Positions 47,017 through 59,360 of a DNA stretch of 64,000 bases are shown here, one piece after another. Location: the NCBI GenBank assembly GCA_040756655.1, contig JBFLYN010000005.1, positions 4,563 through 68,562 of the forward strand. Reading direction: 5' to 3'. The notes beneath the pieces are model-generated. The model saw only the letters and a list, made by a program, of their open reading frames with translations, was not told the origin of the DNA and ran no database searches. The translations under genes were made by a program, and so were the position numbers. Source of the DNA: Bacillota bacterium. Its GTDB lineage: Bacteria > Bacillota > Sulfobacillia > UBA8153. Position 1 is the first letter of the stretch. The number at the start of each line of letters is the position of its first letter.

Positions 47017-47905
47017 CCTTCTGCATACCGTGCTCCTCCAGGTAGCGGTGGATGCCTTCCACCACGGCCAGGGGCGACCGGGGATCCACGAAACTGGCCG
47101 TGCCCATCATGACGGCGCTGGCCCCGGCCATGAGGTATTCCAGGGCATCGGGCGCTTGCAAGATGCCGCCCATGCCGATGACCGGCACCCCGGCATGTGC
47201 GGATACCTCCCAGACCATGCGCACACCCACCGGCCGGATGGCGGGCCCGGAAAGACCTCCGGTTACATTGCCCAGGATGGGACGGCGTCTTTGCACATCA
47301 ATGGCCAGCCCCAAGAGGGTGTTGATAAGGGAGATCACGTCGGCCCCGGCCTGTTCCACAGCCCTGGCAATGGCGCGGATATCGGTGACATTGGGTGAGA
47401 GTTTGACCAGCACTGGCAGTCCGGTATTCCTGCGTACGGCGGCCGTGACCCGGGCCGCACTGGCAGCCTCCACCCCGAAGGCCAGCCCCCCGCACTTGAC
47501 GTTGGGACAGGAAATGTTCACTTCCAAGGCAGCTACCCCCGGGGCCCGGTCCAGGCGGCGGGCCAGCGTGGCATACTCCTCCTCATCCTCTCCGGCGATG
47601 TTCACCACTACCGGGCAGCCCAGGCCCTGGAGAAAGGGCAGTTCCTCCTGGATGAACCCTTCGAGGCCGGGGTTTTCCAGACCGATGGCGTTGAGCATGC
47701 CCGCCGGGGTCTCATAGACCCGGGGCGGGGGGTTCCCCATGCGGGGGCGCACGGTCACCGCCTTGGTGACCAGGGCGCCTAGGTTGGCCAGATCGTAGCA
47801 GCGACTGTACTCCCGGCCGAAGCCTGCCGTGCCCGATGCCAGCATGACCGGGTTTTTCAGTTTGAGCTTTCCAAGGTCCACCCCAAGGTCAGGCACATCA
47901 CCCAC
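46967..47905 (-). CDS. pyrD: dihydroorotate dehydrogenase (class 1B) catalytic subunit
   Basis: LKLKNPVMLASGTAGFG...LGALVTKAVT...GMLNAIGLENPG matches PyrD. The gene follows pyrK. Its 3' end is convergent with, and overlaps, rqcH. Confidence 0.9.
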   Translation of the reverse strand: MGDVPDLGVDLGKLKLKNPVMLASGTAGFGREYSRCYDLANLGALVTKAVTVRPRMGNPPPRVYETPAGMLNAIGLENPGLEGFIQEELPFLQGLGCPVVVNIAGEDEEEYATLARRLDRAPGVAALEVNISCPNVKCGGLAFGVEAASAARVTAAVRRNTGLPVLVKLSPNVTDIRAIARAVEQAGADVISLINTLLGLAIDVQRRRPILGNVTGGLSGPAIRPVGVRMVWEVSAHAGVPVIGMGGILQAPDALEYLMAGASAVMMGTASFVDPRSPLAVVEGIHRYLEEHGMQKVSQLVGCAREKAGGRS

Positions 47906-48716
47906 CCCCTCCCGGCAAGCCTGCGAGCACCACCTGGTTGGAGCAGAACACCGGCCCGTCCCGGCAAACCTTCAGGTATCCACCGGACCCGGCGGCCTGG
48001 ACGGCACACCCCAGGCACGCGCCCACCCCGCAGGCCATGTATTGCTCCAGGGAGATATACGTGCTGATGGAGTACTCCCGGGCCAGATCCTGCACGACGG
48101 CGAGCATGGGCACCGGGCCGCACGCGTAGAGGCTGGTGTACTCCTCCCGGGACAGTTCCTCCCGGACCAGGGCGGTAACCAGGCCCGGGTGGCCGGCGGA
48201 ACCATCATCGGTGGCCAGGCGCACCCGGGCGCCCAGCCCCTCAAGTTCGTCCACTCCCACCAAGAGCCCGGCGCTGCGCGCTCCCACGCATGCGGTCACC
48301 ATCGCCCCCGCCTGTATCGCACACGCGGTAGCCCCCACCAGCGGGGCTATGCCGATGCCGCCTGCCGCCACCAGCAGACGACGCCCGGCCGGCGGCACAG
48401 AAAACCCTTGTCCCAGGGGACCCACCAGGTCCAACTGGTCCCCGGCCTCCAGGGCACCCAACCACTGCGTGCCGGCTCCGGCGTGCCTCACCAGCAGCAC
48501 GAGTTCGCCCGCCTCCGGGTGGGAGCGGGCGATACTGATCGGGCGGCGGAGGAGCGGGGACAGTCCCCGGCTCACCCGCAAGTGCACAAACTGCCCGGGC
48601 CGGGCCGCCTGGGCACACCCGGGCGCTAGTATCCTCAGACGGAAATGGCCGGGGGCCACCGGGCGGTTCTCCAATACGGTGGCCATCACCGGCGCCAGTG
48701 GGAACTCAAGCGGCAT
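47898..48716 (-). CDS. pyrK: dihydroorotate dehydrogenase electron-transfer subunit PyrK
   Basis: A ferredoxin-reductase fold is followed by the C-terminal motif YMACGVGACLGCAV. Confidence 0.9.
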   Translation of the reverse strand: MPLEFPLAPVMATVLENRPVAPGHFRLRILAPGCAQAARPGQFVHLRVSRGLSPLLRRPISIARSHPEAGELVLLVRHAGAGTQWLGALEAGDQLDLVGPLGQGFSVPPAGRRLLVAAGGIGIAPLVGATACAIQAGAMVTACVGARSAGLLVGVDELEGLGARVRLATDDGSAGHPGLVTALVREELSREEYTSLYACGPVPMLAVVQDLAREYSISTYISLEQYMACGVGACLGCAVQAAGSGGYLKVCRDGPVFCSNQVVLAGLPGGGG

Positions 48717-48725
48717 GCGACCCTC

Positions 48726-51700
48726 CTAGCTGCCGGTGGACCGGTGGGCCCGGCCCACAGCTTCGTACTGCTGGAGCGCAACGGGTCCCGCCAGTGGCCG
48801 GCTTTTGCGGTGTAGCATGGCCCGGACGGCGGCGGCCGCCGTGTCCGGCGAAGTCAGGCAGGGCACCCCGAACTCGGCGGCGGTCCTCCTGATCTTGAAC
48901 CCGTCACGCTGGGGTACTTTGCCCCGGGTAAGGGTATTGATGACCAGCACCACCTGCCCGGTGGCGATGACATCAAGTACGTGGGGGGAGCCTTCGTCCA
49001 ATTTGGCGACGGTCTCTACCGGTAGCCCGGCCGCCTCCAGGCTGCGGGCGGTGCCGCGGGTGGCCATCAAATGATACCCGGCACCGAAAAGGGCGCGACC
49101 CAGTTCAACCCCGACGGGCTTGTCGCGGTCGGCCACGCTCAGCAACACGGTCCCGGCCCCGGGGAGGTTCACCCCGGCGGCCAAGAACCCCTTGGCCAGC
49201 GCCTCGGCGGCATCCACGTCCACGCCGATGACCTCGCCGGTGGATTTCATCTCCGGGCCCAGGCCGGTATCCACTGCGGTGAGCTTGGCCCAGGAAAACA
49301 CCGGGACTTTCACCGCTACCAGAGCAGAAGGCGGAACCAGGCCAGTTTGGGCGCCCAGGCTGGCCAGGCTAGCCCCGAGAATGATTCGGGTGGCCAGCGG
49401 CACCATGGGAACGCCGGTGACCTTGGTCAAAAACGGTACCGTCCTGCTGGAGCGCAAGTTCGCCTCCAGCACGTAGACCTGGTTGTCTTTGATGACGAAC
49501 TGCACGTTCATGAGCCCGCGCACATTCAGGCCCCGGGCCAGCCGCCGGGTGTAGTCGATTATGGTGTCCTGGAGCGGTTGAGCTAGACTCTGGGCCGGGC
49601 ACATGGCAATGCTGTCTCCAGAATGAACACCGGCCCTTTCTACGTGTTCCATGATGGCCGGCACCAGCACGTCCTCGCCATCGGCCACGGCATCCACCTC
49701 GACCTCACGGCCTTCGAAATACCGGTCCACCAGCACCGGGTGCCGGTCAGAAACCACCACCGCCGAGCGCATGTACTCGAAAAGATCCTCGTCGTTGTAT
49801 ACGATCTCCATGGACCTGCCGCCCAGCACGTAAGAGGGGCGGACCAGCACCGGGTAGCCTACCCGGTGGGCGATGGCCAGGGCCTGGGTGGTATCAAAGG
49901 CCGTGCCCCCCGGGGGGCGGGGGATGTCCAGGCGGGTTAACAGCCGGTCGAATTTTTCCCGGTCTTCGGAGATGTCCAGGGACTCTACGGAAGTACCCAG
50001 CACCAGGGCGTGCTTGGCCACCTCGGACGCTAGGTTGATGGCTGTCTGCCCTCCGAACTGCACCACCACGCCCACGGGCTTTTCCAGGCGGATTACGCTC
50101 ATCACATCCTCGGCGGTGAGCGGTTCGAAGTACAGGCGGTCAGACGCGTTAAAGTCCGTGGACACGGTCTCCGGGTTGTTGTTGAGCATGATGCATTCCA
50201 GTCCCGCCTCCCTCAGGCTGGTGACGGCGTGGACGGAAGAGTAATCGAACTCGATGCCCTGACCGATGCGGATGGGTCCCGAGCCCAGCACCAGTACCTT
50301 CGGGCGGCCAGTGGGAACGGCTTCATTCTCCCGGGCCCGGTAAGTGGAGTAGAAGTAGGGCGTGGTGGCTTCAAACTCGGCAGCGCAGGTGTCCACCATC
50401 TTGTAGACGGGCTCGATTCCCTGTTCCCAGCGGAGCCGCTGCAAGTGCTCAACATCCAGCCCGGCGATGGCCGCCAGGCGAGCATCGGAAAACCCCAGTT
50501 CCTTGGCCGGGCGCAACAGGCCCGGCAGGGCACCGGGCTCCATGAGCCGGGCCTCCATGGAGGTGATGCGCTTGATCCCTTCCAGGAAGAACGGGTCAAT
50601 GTGGCAGAGTGCGTGGATTTCCATGACCTCCCGGCCCCGGCGCAAAAGCTCGGCGATGATGAACATCCTCCGATCATCCGGGCTCTCCAGCGCCTGCCAG
50701 AGGCTGGAGGTATCCTGGGATGCCAGTTCCCGTAGGTACAAGCCGTCGGCCCCGGTCTCCGCCGAGCGGATGGCTTTCTGGAGGGCACCCTCGAAGGTGC
50801 GGTCGATGGCCATGACTTCTCCGGTGGCTTTCATCTGGGTGCCCAGGCTCCGGTTGGCTCCCCGGAACTTGTCAAAGGGCCAGCGCGGGAACTTCAGCAC
50901 CACGTAGTCGATGGCCGGCTCGAAGCAGGCCGAAGTGGCGCCGGTGACCGGGTTGGTGATTTCGGTAAGGTCCAGACCCACGGCGATCTTAGTCGCTACC
51001 CTGGCGATGGGATAGCCCGTGGCCTTGGACGCCAGCGCGCTGGAGCGGCTCACCCGGGGGTTGACCTCGATGACGCAGTACTGGCCGGTACGTGGGTCTA
51101 GAGCAAACTGGACGTTGCACCCACCGGCGATGCCCAGGGTGCAGATGATGTCCAGGGCCGCCCGGCGTAGTTTCTGGTTCTCGCGGTCGGTGAGTGTGAG
51201 AGTCGGGGCCACCACGATGCTGTCGCCGGTGTGGATGCCCATGGGGTCTATGTTCTCCATGGCGCAGATGGCCACGCAGTTTCCGCCCAGGTCCCGCATG
51301 ACCTCGTACTCAATTTCCTTCCAGCCCTCCACGCTGCGCTCCAGGAGAACCTGGCTGATGGGGCTGAGCTTTAGCCCCCGGGCCACGATCAGCTCGAATT
51401 CCTCGTAGGTACGGGCCAGACCGCCGCCGGTGCCGCCCAGGGTGTAGGCCGGGCGCACCACCAGGGGCAGTCCCACCCGGCGGGCAAAGTCCTTGGCCTC
51501 GGATAGCCGGTGGACGATGGCGCTTAAGGGCACCGGGTGTCCGGCCCTTTCCATGGCCTCCTTGAAAAGCAGGCGGTCTTCGGCCATCTGGATGGAGGCA
51601 AGGGAGGTGCCCAAAAGCTCCACCCCGTACTGCTCCAACACCCCGGCCCGCGAAAGCTCCACCGCCAAGTTCAAACCCACCTGCCCCCCAAGCGTGGCCA

Positions 51701-51959
51701 GCAGGCCCTGGGGACGCTCGGCGCGGATGATCTGGGTGGCCACGTCCAGGCGCAAGGGCTCCAGGTACACCCGGTCAGCTACCTCTGCGTCGGTCATGAT
51801 GGTGGCGGGATTAGAGTTTAACAATACCACGGACAGGCCTTCTTCTCGTAAGGCCCGGCAGGCCTGGGTTCCGGCGTAGTCAAACTCCGCCGCCTGCCCG
51901 ATGATGATGGGACCGGAGCCTACGACCATTACTTTCTCCAGACCGGTACGGAGCGGCAA
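48726..51959 (-). CDS. carB: carbamoyl-phosphate synthase large subunit
   Basis: 1077-aa ORF with duplicated ATP-grasp halves and an MGS-like C-terminus. The family match is unambiguous. Confidence 0.97.
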   Translation of the reverse strand: MPLRTGLEKVMVVGSGPIIIGQAAEFDYAGTQACRALREEGLSVVLLNSNPATIMTDAEVADRVYLEPLRLDVATQIIRAERPQGLLATLGGQVGLNLAVELSRAGVLEQYGVELLGTSLASIQMAEDRLLFKEAMERAGHPVPLSAIVHRLSEAKDFARRVGLPLVVRPAYTLGGTGGGLARTYEEFELIVARGLKLSPISQVLLERSVEGWKEIEYEVMRDLGGNCVAICAMENIDPMGIHTGDSIVVAPTLTLTDRENQKLRRAALDIICTLGIAGGCNVQFALDPRTGQYCVIEVNPRVSRSSALASKATGYPIARVATKIAVGLDLTEITNPVTGATSACFEPAIDYVVLKFPRWPFDKFRGANRSLGTQMKATGEVMAIDRTFEGALQKAIRSAETGADGLYLRELASQDTSSLWQALESPDDRRMFIIAELLRRGREVMEIHALCHIDPFFLEGIKRITSMEARLMEPGALPGLLRPAKELGFSDARLAAIAGLDVEHLQRLRWEQGIEPVYKMVDTCAAEFEATTPYFYSTYRARENEAVPTGRPKVLVLGSGPIRIGQGIEFDYSSVHAVTSLREAGLECIMLNNNPETVSTDFNASDRLYFEPLTAEDVMSVIRLEKPVGVVVQFGGQTAINLASEVAKHALVLGTSVESLDISEDREKFDRLLTRLDIPRPPGGTAFDTTQALAIAHRVGYPVLVRPSYVLGGRSMEIVYNDEDLFEYMRSAVVVSDRHPVLVDRYFEGREVEVDAVADGEDVLVPAIMEHVERAGVHSGDSIAMCPAQSLAQPLQDTIIDYTRRLARGLNVRGLMNVQFVIKDNQVYVLEANLRSSRTVPFLTKVTGVPMVPLATRIILGASLASLGAQTGLVPPSALVAVKVPVFSWAKLTAVDTGLGPEMKSTGEVIGVDVDAAEALAKGFLAAGVNLPGAGTVLLSVADRDKPVGVELGRALFGAGYHLMATRGTARSLEAAGLPVETVAKLDEGSPHVLDVIATGQVVLVINTLTRGKVPQRDGFKIRRTAAEFGVPCLTSPDTAAAAVRAMLHRKSRPLAGPVALQQYEAVGRAHRSTGS

Positions 51960-51961
51960 GT

Positions 51962-53089
51962 TTATTCCCCCTGGTATGCCAAGGCCGCCGGAAACTCCGG
52001 GGCTTTCTGGGCTGGTGCCTGGCCGCCGAGACTGGTGAGAAACGCGGCCAGGAGGTGCTCGGAATCATTGGGGCCCGGGCCCACCTCTGGGTGGTATTGC
52101 AGGGTGTTCACCGGCAGCCTGCGGTGGGAAAGCCCCTCTACGGTAGCATCGTGCAGGTGGGTGTGGGTGATGTCCACGCCCAGGCCGGCCAGGGATTCCC
52201 GGACCACGGCATATCCATGGTTTTGTGCGGTCATCTGCACGTGATTGGTGCGGAGGTCGCGTACCGGGTGGTTCCCGCCCCGGTGCCCATACTTGAGTTT
52301 GAAGGTGCGGGCGCCCATGGCCAGGGCCAGCACCTGGTGGCCAAGGCAGATCCCGAACAGTCGCGTCTTGCCCAGCAGCTCCCGGGCGGTGCCAATGGCC
52401 GCGTGGGCATCAGCTGGGTCCCCGGGCCCGTTAGAGAACAAGACGCCAGCGGGGTCCATGTCCAGGATGTCTTCAGCGGGGGTGGTGGGCGGCACCACCG
52501 TCACCGTGCAGTTGTGCCTGGAGAAATACCGGATGAGGTTGAGTTTCACCCCCAGGTCCACCACCACCAGGTGCGGCCCGTCTCCGAATACGCGCCAGGG
52601 CCGCCCGGTGGCCACCTCGGCCACAAGGTCGGAGGGGCCCTGGCAGCTGAGCTGCCGGACCAGTTCCTCGCCCGGCGCATCGCCCGAGGTAATGGCCCCA
52701 TTCATGGTGCCGTGCACCCGGAGCTTGCGGGTCAGGGCCCGGGTGTCCACGCCTTCCAGGGCGAGGATACCGTGACCGTAGAGGTAGTCGTCCAGGCGGC
52801 CGATCATCCTGGTATGGGAAGGGGTCGCGCACAGCTGGTGCACCACCAGCCCGCGCACGAAGGGCCTGTGAGACTGTGAGTCCCCTTCACAGATCCCGGT
52901 GTTCCCAATGAGAGGATAGGTCATGGTCACGATCTGCCCGCAATACGATGGGTCGGTCAGCACTTCCTGGTAGCCGGTCATGCCCGTGTTGAACACCACT
53001 TCTCCAAAGGCCGTACCCGGGCGTCCGAAGGCTCTCCCCTCGTAGACAGTCCCATCCTCAAGCACCAGGCGTCCCCGCATGCTGTTCAC
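51962..53089 (-). CDS. carA: carbamoyl-phosphate synthase small (glutaminase) subunit
   Basis: [19 protein letters not shown]... is followed by a class-I glutamine amidotransferase domain (GICLGHQ). Confidence 0.95.
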   Translation of the reverse strand: MNSMRGRLVLEDGTVYEGRAFGRPGTAFGEVVFNTGMTGYQEVLTDPSYCGQIVTMTYPLIGNTGICEGDSQSHRPFVRGLVVHQLCATPSHTRMIGRLDDYLYGHGILALEGVDTRALTRKLRVHGTMNGAITSGDAPGEELVRQLSCQGPSDLVAEVATGRPWRVFGDGPHLVVVDLGVKLNLIRYFSRHNCTVTVVPPTTPAEDILDMDPAGVLFSNGPGDPADAHAAIGTARELLGKTRLFGICLGHQVLALAMGARTFKLKYGHRGGNHPVRDLRTNHVQMTAQNHGYAVVRESLAGLGVDITHTHLHDATVEGLSHRRLPVNTLQYHPEVGPGPNDSEHLLAAFLTSLGGQAPAQKAPEFPAALAYQGE

Positions 53090-53149
53090 CCCTTCCCCGC
53101 GAGCTCTTATGCCCGCTGCATATCTATACTCCTCTAATGTATATCTATT

Positions 53150-54448
53150 CTAGCCGGCTGTCAAGTTTCCCTCCCACATCAAGATGCGTCCCCCGACTAC
53201 CGTGCCCCAGGGGGAACCCCTGAGCTTCCATCCGGCAAATGGCGTGTTCCGGCTCTTGGAGGCAAAGCGTTCCTCGTCCACGGTGGTCTCCAGTTGGGGG
53301 TCGACGACGGTGAAATCGGCCAGTCCCCCGGCGGCCAGGCGGCCGCCCTCCACGCCCAGGATGCGCGCCGGGTTGGCGGACATGAGTGTTACCACCCGGG
53401 GCCAGTCCACGCGACCCCGGCCCACCAGCTCTCCTGCCACCAGGCCCACTGCCGTCTCCAGGCCGATCATGCCAAACTGGGCGTAGTCATACTCCACCAG
53501 CTTGTCGTCCTGGTGGTGCGGGGCATGGTCGGTGGCAATGACGTCGATGAGGCCACTGGAAAGGCCTTTGAGGAGCGCCTCCACGTGGTCTTGAGACCTC
53601 AAGGGAGGGTTAACCTTGGTGTTGGTATCGTACCAGGTGTCCCGCACTGCCTGGTCCGTCAGGAGCAGGTGATGGGGCGTGACTTCGCAAGTGACGTTAA
53701 CTCCCTGGCTTTTGTAGAATTCGATGAGCTGGAGGCTCTGGGAGGTGCTTACGTGCGCCACGTGCAGCCTGCCCCCGGTGAGGCGGGCCAGCACCAGGTC
53801 CCGGGCCACCATCACCGATTCGGCCTCGGCGGGTATGCCCCGCAGTCCCAGGATGGTGGACACCAACCCCTGGTGCATGACGCCTTCGTGGGACAGGGAG
53901 GGGTCTTCACAGTGGCTGATCACGGGCAAGCCGAAGGGGATGGCATATTGCAGGGCAAGGCGCATGAGTTCTGCGCTGGCCACCGGCTGGCCATCATCGG
54001 AAAGGGCCACCGCCCCGGCGCTGCGCATGTCGGCGATCTCGGCCAGTTCCTCTCCGCGTTGCCCCTTGGAGACGGCCCCCACCGGGTAGACACGCACCAG
54101 TCCGGTCCTGGCGGCCTGGTTCAACACGTACTCCACCACCGCCCGGTTGTCAATGGTGGGCCGGGTGTTGGGCATGCAGGTCACCGCCGTAAAGCCGCCC
54201 CGGGCCGCGGCCCGGGTACCGCTGGCGATGTCTTCTTTGTACTCAAAACCCGGGTCTCTCAGGTGGACATGCATATCTATGAAGCCGGGCATAACCAGCT
54301 TGCCCTTGGCGTCGACGATGCGGGCATCGGCCGAAAGCTCCTGGCCCACGGCAGCGACCCGGTCCCCTTCCACCAATATGTCGAGAACAGCATCAACGCC
54401 CGAAGCCGGGTCGAGCACCCGTCCGCCCTTGATCAAGAGCCGGTTCAC
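53150..54448 (-). CDS. pyrC: dihydroorotase
   Basis: [17 protein letters not shown]...[13 protein letters not shown]... matches the amidohydrolase-family DHOase. Confidence 0.93.
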   Translation of the reverse strand: MNRLLIKGGRVLDPASGVDAVLDILVEGDRVAAVGQELSADARIVDAKGKLVMPGFIDMHVHLRDPGFEYKEDIASGTRAAARGGFTAVTCMPNTRPTIDNRAVVEYVLNQAARTGLVRVYPVGAVSKGQRGEELAEIADMRSAGAVALSDDGQPVASAELMRLALQYAIPFGLPVISHCEDPSLSHEGVMHQGLVSTILGLRGIPAEAESVMVARDLVLARLTGGRLHVAHVSTSQSLQLIEFYKSQGVNVTCEVTPHHLLLTDQAVRDTWYDTNTKVNPPLRSQDHVEALLKGLSSGLIDVIATDHAPHHQDDKLVEYDYAQFGMIGLETAVGLVAGELVGRGRVDWPRVVTLMSANPARILGVEGGRLAAGGLADFTVVDPQLETTVDEERFASKSRNTPFAGWKLRGSPWGTVVGGRILMWEGNLTAG

Positions 54449-55371
54449 GAGTCGGCACCTCCCAACAAGAGGTAGAGAATGGCCATGCGTACCGCCACAC
54501 CGTTGGTAACTTGTTCCCGGATGGCGGACATGGGAGCATCGGCAATATCCGAGGCAATTTCCACACCCCGGTTCATGGGACCCGGGTGCATGAGCAAGAC
54601 GTCCGGGTGAGCCAGGGCCAGGCGGTCGCGGCTGACCCCGTAATACCTGGCATACTCGCGGGCACTGGGGAACAGGCCCTTTTGCTGCCGCTCCAGCTGC
54701 AGCCTGAGCACGTTGACCACATCGGCACCGGCAATGGCCGGTTCCACCCGGTCGTACACCTTGACTCCGAGGCCCTGGGCTTCCACCGGCAGCAGAGTGG
54801 CCGGGGCTGCCACGCGCACCTCCGCGCCCAGCTTCACCAGTCCCCAGATGTTGGACCTGGCCACCCGGCTGTGCAGGATATCTCCGATGATGGCCACCTT
54901 GAGACCTGCGATTCGCTTCTTGTACTGCTCCATGGTGAACAGGTCCAGGAGACCCTGGGTGGGATGCTCGTGCATGCCGTCGCCGGCGTTGACCACCGAA
55001 GAGCTCACGTGGCGGCTGAGGAAGTGACAGGACCCGGATACCGGGTGACGCATGATGAGCATGTCCACGCCCATAGCCTCGATGGTCCGGGCGGTGTCCA
55101 AAAGCGTCTCGCCCTTCTTAATGGCGGAGGTAGCCGTGGCTATGCTGCTGGTGTCGGCGGACATGTACTTGGCCGCCATCTCGAAGGAGGTCCGGGTCCG
55201 GGTGCTGGCTTCGTAAAACAGGGTGCAGACGGACTTCCCCCGCAAGGTCGGAACCTTCTTGACCTCCCGGGACAGGATCTCTTTCATAGAATCGGCCGTA
55301 TCCAGGATAAGGCGCATGTCTTCCACGGGCATGGTTTCTAGGTCAAGTATGTGCCTTGATGCTAGTTTCAC
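54445..55371 (-). CDS. pyrB: aspartate carbamoyltransferase catalytic subunit
   Basis: The STRTR and HPGP motifs are present (...[11 protein letters not shown]..., ...[10 protein letters not shown]...). The 3' end overlaps the pyrC start. Confidence 0.95.
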   Translation of the reverse strand: MKLASRHILDLETMPVEDMRLILDTADSMKEILSREVKKVPTLRGKSVCTLFYEASTRTRTSFEMAAKYMSADTSSIATATSAIKKGETLLDTARTIEAMGVDMLIMRHPVSGSCHFLSRHVSSSVVNAGDGMHEHPTQGLLDLFTMEQYKKRIAGLKVAIIGDILHSRVARSNIWGLVKLGAEVRVAAPATLLPVEAQGLGVKVYDRVEPAIAGADVVNVLRLQLERQQKGLFPSAREYARYYGVSRDRLALAHPDVLLMHPGPMNRGVEIASDIADAPMSAIREQVTNGVAVRMAILYLLLGGADS

Positions 55372-55395
55372 GAGTCTCCCTCCCTGAGCGTCACA

Positions 55396-56673
55396 TTACA
55401 CTTTGCCCCGGCGACCTTTGGGCAAATCACGGCCGGCGGCCGCTTCCTTCTTTCCCTTGCCCACGGCACTGTTTTGGGAATCAGCGTTGGGGAGCACCTG
55501 GTTTAGGATGATGCCGATGATGGCCGCCGGTCCTACACCCTCGAATGCCAGGACCCCGAAGTGAAACGGCAGTTTGCCGATGCCTACCACCAGGATGGTC
55601 GAGGCGATGACCAGGTTCCGCACGTTGGCAAGGTCGACGCGGTTTTCCACCAGGGTCCGCACACCTACGCTGGCGATCATACCGAACAAGAGCACGCAAA
55701 TGCCGCCCATGACCTGATCAGGGATGGTGCCGATGAGAGCGCCCAGCTTGCCCACAAAACTCAGGGAAAGGGCCAGCACCGCGGCCAGCCTGATGATGGC
55801 CGGGTTGTACACACCGGTGATGGCCAGAACGCCTATGTTCTCGCCATAGGTGGTGTTGGGAGGACCGCCCAAAAGACCGGCCAGGGAGGTAGCCAGGCCA
55901 TCTCCCAGCAGGGTCCGGTGCAACCCGGGCTCGGTGGTGAAGTTTTTGCCCACGGTGCGCCCGATGACCAGCACGTCTCCCACGTGCTCAACCATGGTGG
56001 CGATGGCCACAGGAGCAATGAGGCTGATGGCCGCCGGGTGAAACGCCGGCGTCACGAATCTGGGGAGGGAAATCCAGGCCGCCCCGGCCACGGTGCTAAA
56101 GTCCACCAGGCCCCGGGCCAGGGCAAATAGGTAACCGCCGCCGATGCCCAGGAGGATGGGGATGATCTTGAAAAAGCCTTTGGCATAGATGGCCACGGCA
56201 ATGGCTATGCCCAGGGTTACCATGGCTGTAAGCATGTCACCTTCGGACATGATGCGGGCCGCGCCGGCCAGGATGAGACCGATGACGATGATGACGGGCC
56301 CTACCACCACCGGGGGCAAAAGCCGCGCGATGGACTCAGGACCGGCCACGCGCACCAGCGCCGAACCGGCCAGGTACACCAGGCCGGCAATGACACACCC
56401 GCCCAGGGCAGCCGCGATCCCGTACCCTTCCCGGGCAGCGATGATGGGAGCGATGAACGCAAACGAGGAGCCGAGGTAGGCCGGGACCTTGCCGCCGGTA
56501 ACCAGGTGGAACAGGAGGGTGCCCGCGCCCGAGGTAAACAGGGCCACGGCCGGATCCAGGCCGGTAAGAATGGGGACGAGGATGGTAGCTCCGAACATGG
56601 CAAAAAGGTGTTGCACTGAAAGGACTGTGAACCTTACTCCGCTGACTTCTGCTGGCAAACTCTTCTTCATCAT
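55396..56673 (-). CDS. pyrP: uracil permease (NCS2 family)
   Basis: The ATG at 56673 or 56670 follows GGAGGAGGG. The protein ([36 protein letters not shown]...) is a 12-TM NCS2 transporter. Confidence 0.9.
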   Translation of the reverse strand: MMKKSLPAEVSGVRFTVLSVQHLFAMFGATILVPILTGLDPAVALFTSGAGTLLFHLVTGGKVPAYLGSSFAFIAPIIAAREGYGIAAALGGCVIAGLVYLAGSALVRVAGPESIARLLPPVVVGPVIIVIGLILAGAARIMSEGDMLTAMVTLGIAIAVAIYAKGFFKIIPILLGIGGGYLFALARGLVDFSTVAGAAWISLPRFVTPAFHPAAISLIAPVAIATMVEHVGDVLVIGRTVGKNFTTEPGLHRTLLGDGLATSLAGLLGGPPNTTYGENIGVLAITGVYNPAIIRLAAVLALSLSFVGKLGALIGTIPDQVMGGICVLLFGMIASVGVRTLVENRVDLANVRNLVIASTILVVGIGKLPFHFGVLAFEGVGPAAIIGIILNQVLPNADSQNSAVGKGKKEAAAGRDLPKGRRGKV

Positions 56674-56692
56674 TGCCCTCCTCCTTCTTGGC

Positions 56693-56793
56693 ACTAGAAA
56701 ACCTCCCACCGCGCAGACCGGGCCGGGAGGTTCTCCTCACTGTCCTCTCCCTTGCCGGTCTCTCTGGACCGCCTTAAAGGGCCTCTCCCTTCA
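56693..56793 (-). promoter_or_regulatory. pyrR-pyrP intergenic PyrR-binding loop and attenuator/terminator
   Basis: The minus-strand RNA reads GGUCCAGAGAGACCGGCAAGGGAGAGG, matching the PyrR box consensus UCCAGAGAGGCUNGCAAGG. A GGAGAACCUCCCGGCC...GGUGGGAGGUUUUCU terminator hairpin with a U-tract follows. Confidence 0.7.
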
Positions 56794-57493
<700 letters not shown>

Positions 57494-57625
57494 GAGAAAA
57501 GCTCCGGCCCCGGGGAAACCAGGACCGAAGCAGCGTGAACCGGTAGCAGAGGCCATCGTCATCCACAAACCGGCGTCCGGGGCAGTGATGCCCCGGACGC
57601 TCCGGAAAAGAGCCAGGATCTATCT

Positions 57626-58453
57626 TTAATAGGGTGCTCCCCACGGTCCAGTCCTGACCTGCGTATCCGTCTGGACCTCGACCTTGGTCTCCGTCCATTC
57701 ATCCACCAGCTCTAGAACGTCATCGACGTCTTCGGATGCCACGGGCTCCCCGTAGACCCGGTTTATCTCCTCCACCGTGATGGTGCTGTCCAGCCGCTCA
57801 CCATTGCTGCCTGGTGCGCCACCATGCCGTTCGGTGGTGGTGACAGTCTCGGTAATGGTCACCGGCGTCACGGTGCTGACAGTGATCGTGGTGGTCAGGG
57901 TGTAGGCCCGGTGGGTCACGAGGAAGGTGGTAGTAGTGGTGGTGACCTCGCGGTCCTGGGTCTTTCCGTTGGGTAGCTGCTTATACTCGATAAAGGTGGT
58001 GCTGTTGACGTCAGTTGTCTCATCCAGCAGCTGAGTCAAGGTCACGGTGAAGCTCTCACTATCCTCATGGAAAGTAACCTCAACCAGCTCGTCGGTCCTC
58101 TCAGCCGTCACTGACGTCACGATGGTGGTGATGCCGCGATCGAAGGCCGGATCCTGCCCTGGGGCTGTCGCCAACCCTTTGCCCTTCCCGTTGGAGGCCA
58201 ACGCGGATAGTGAAACCGTCCCCAGTAACAGAGAAACCAAAAGCACGAAAACAGCGATCCTTCGCGAAGCCGTACTCCAACTCCCCCTTGGTTTGGCTGG
58301 GCCGGTTTCACTTCTCGCTCCCAAGGACCCTTGTGACCACTTGCCGGATCCTGGTTCATTGCATCCCGCGTATCCATTGTTTGCGGGTACCCCAGGGGCA
58401 TGCAAGCTGATCTTTTGGGCGGGCATCACGCGCCTGGCTTGGGCAATACCCAT
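57626..58453 (-). CDS. hypothetical exported or membrane-anchored Thr-rich protein
   Basis: A TM/signal-like segment (RRIAVFVLLVSLLLGTVSLSALA) precedes a Thr/Val-rich repetitive region (TTTTTF...TTTITVSTVTPVTITETVTTT). The start codon is uncertain. No family was recognised. Confidence 0.45.
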   Translation of the reverse strand: MGIAQARRVMPAQKISLHAPGVPANNGYAGCNEPGSGKWSQGSLGARSETGPAKPRGSWSTASRRIAVFVLLVSLLLGTVSLSALASNGKGKGLATAPGQDPAFDRGITTIVTSVTAERTDELVEVTFHEDSESFTVTLTQLLDETTDVNSTTFIEYKQLPNGKTQDREVTTTTTTFLVTHRAYTLTTTITVSTVTPVTITETVTTTERHGGAPGSNGERLDSTITVEEINRVYGEPVASEDVDDVLELVDEWTETKVEVQTDTQVRTGPWGAPY

Positions 58454-58625
58454 CGTTCGAGCCCCATTCAGATCGCCAGGCAGTAGTGCATCGTCATCAC
58501 TGGAAAGCGATAATGGCCGGGATCATTCGCTTCCGGGATGAGAGAAAACCTCACACTGGGACCCAATGCACCATCCCAAAGGCATTGCCCGACTGAGGCT
58601 CCCTCCGTCACAACCTCCGGCAGCT

Positions 58626-58742
58626 TTACCGGGCAGCCGGGGCAAGGCTAAAAAGCACCAAGAGCACCCAGGGCAGCCCAAATACCAGGAGTCCTGCCAG
58701 CCAGAACCCCAGTCCAAACCGCCAGCCATCTGCGAATTTCAC
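58626..58742 (-). CDS. possible 38-aa hydrophobic mini-protein (unannotated)
   Basis: The GTG at 58742 is preceded by AGGAAGGTGG and gives VKFADGWRFGLGFWLAGLLVFGLPWVLLVLFSLAPAAR followed by a stop. It is a single TM helix located between the VOC gene and the Thr-rich protein gene. The call is speculative. Confidence 0.25.
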   Translation of the reverse strand: MKFADGWRFGLGFWLAGLLVFGLPWVLLVLFSLAPAAR

Positions 58743-58827
58743 CCGGACCACCTTCCTCTCCCCTGGTTTCTGACCAGACGCCGGGTCGCATCTGGTCCCT
58801 CAGGTAGTTAGCACTCACCTTGTATTC

Positions 58828-59184
58828 TTAATCCTCGAACCGCTGTACCTCTACCTTGTAGCCGTTGGGATCACGGGCAAAGAAGTGATAGATCCTAAAG
58901 CCAGGATTGGGGCCAGGAGGTCGCTCAACCGGGGCTCCGGCTTCCAGCAGTAAACGGTAGACCCGGTCCACATCCTCAGTGAGCAGGGTGATGATGGGGC
59001 TCAATTCCTGGGGAACGGTGGGATGATGGGTACAGAACCCGATGTATGCCCCGGGTCTTAGCTCGTATACCCGGCAAACTCCCTGGTCCTTGTACAGCAC
59101 AAGCCCCAGGAGTCCCGCGTAGAAGTCATGCGTCTTTTCCAGGTCCTGGGTGCCAAGAAAGGTTATGAGCCCATCCCACGACAT
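58828..59184 (-). CDS. VOC (glyoxalase/bleomycin-resistance) family protein
   Basis: An ATG at 59184 with an AGGAGGG RBS gives MSWDGLITFLGTQDLEKTHDFYAGLLGL..., a beta-alpha-beta-beta-beta VOC module. Confidence 0.7.
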   Translation of the reverse strand: MSWDGLITFLGTQDLEKTHDFYAGLLGLVLYKDQGVCRVYELRPGAYIGFCTHHPTVPQELSPIITLLTEDVDRVYRLLLEAGAPVERPPGPNPGFRIYHFFARDPNGYKVEVQRFED

Positions 59185-59360
59185 GCCGTAACCCTCCTGT
59201 GTTGGCAGCGACTCCACATCACGCTACCGGGCCGGCGATTCCCAGGCATTCTGACTACTGATTCGGGGCCACGTTCCGGAGTTCCTGCCTCCCCCCTCCT
59301 GTCTGCCAGTTGAACACTCTGCCCTCCGCCACACCCTGGGTCCAGTATTTGAACTGGCGG

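Noticed and set aside
57560-57600. Strong hairpin (GCGUCCGGGG...CCCCGGACGC) downstream of the Thr-rich protein gene, as a possible intrinsic terminator
   Set aside because: It is not followed by a U-tract on the minus-strand transcript. It may act as a U-independent terminator or be incidental, so it is not listed as a feature.
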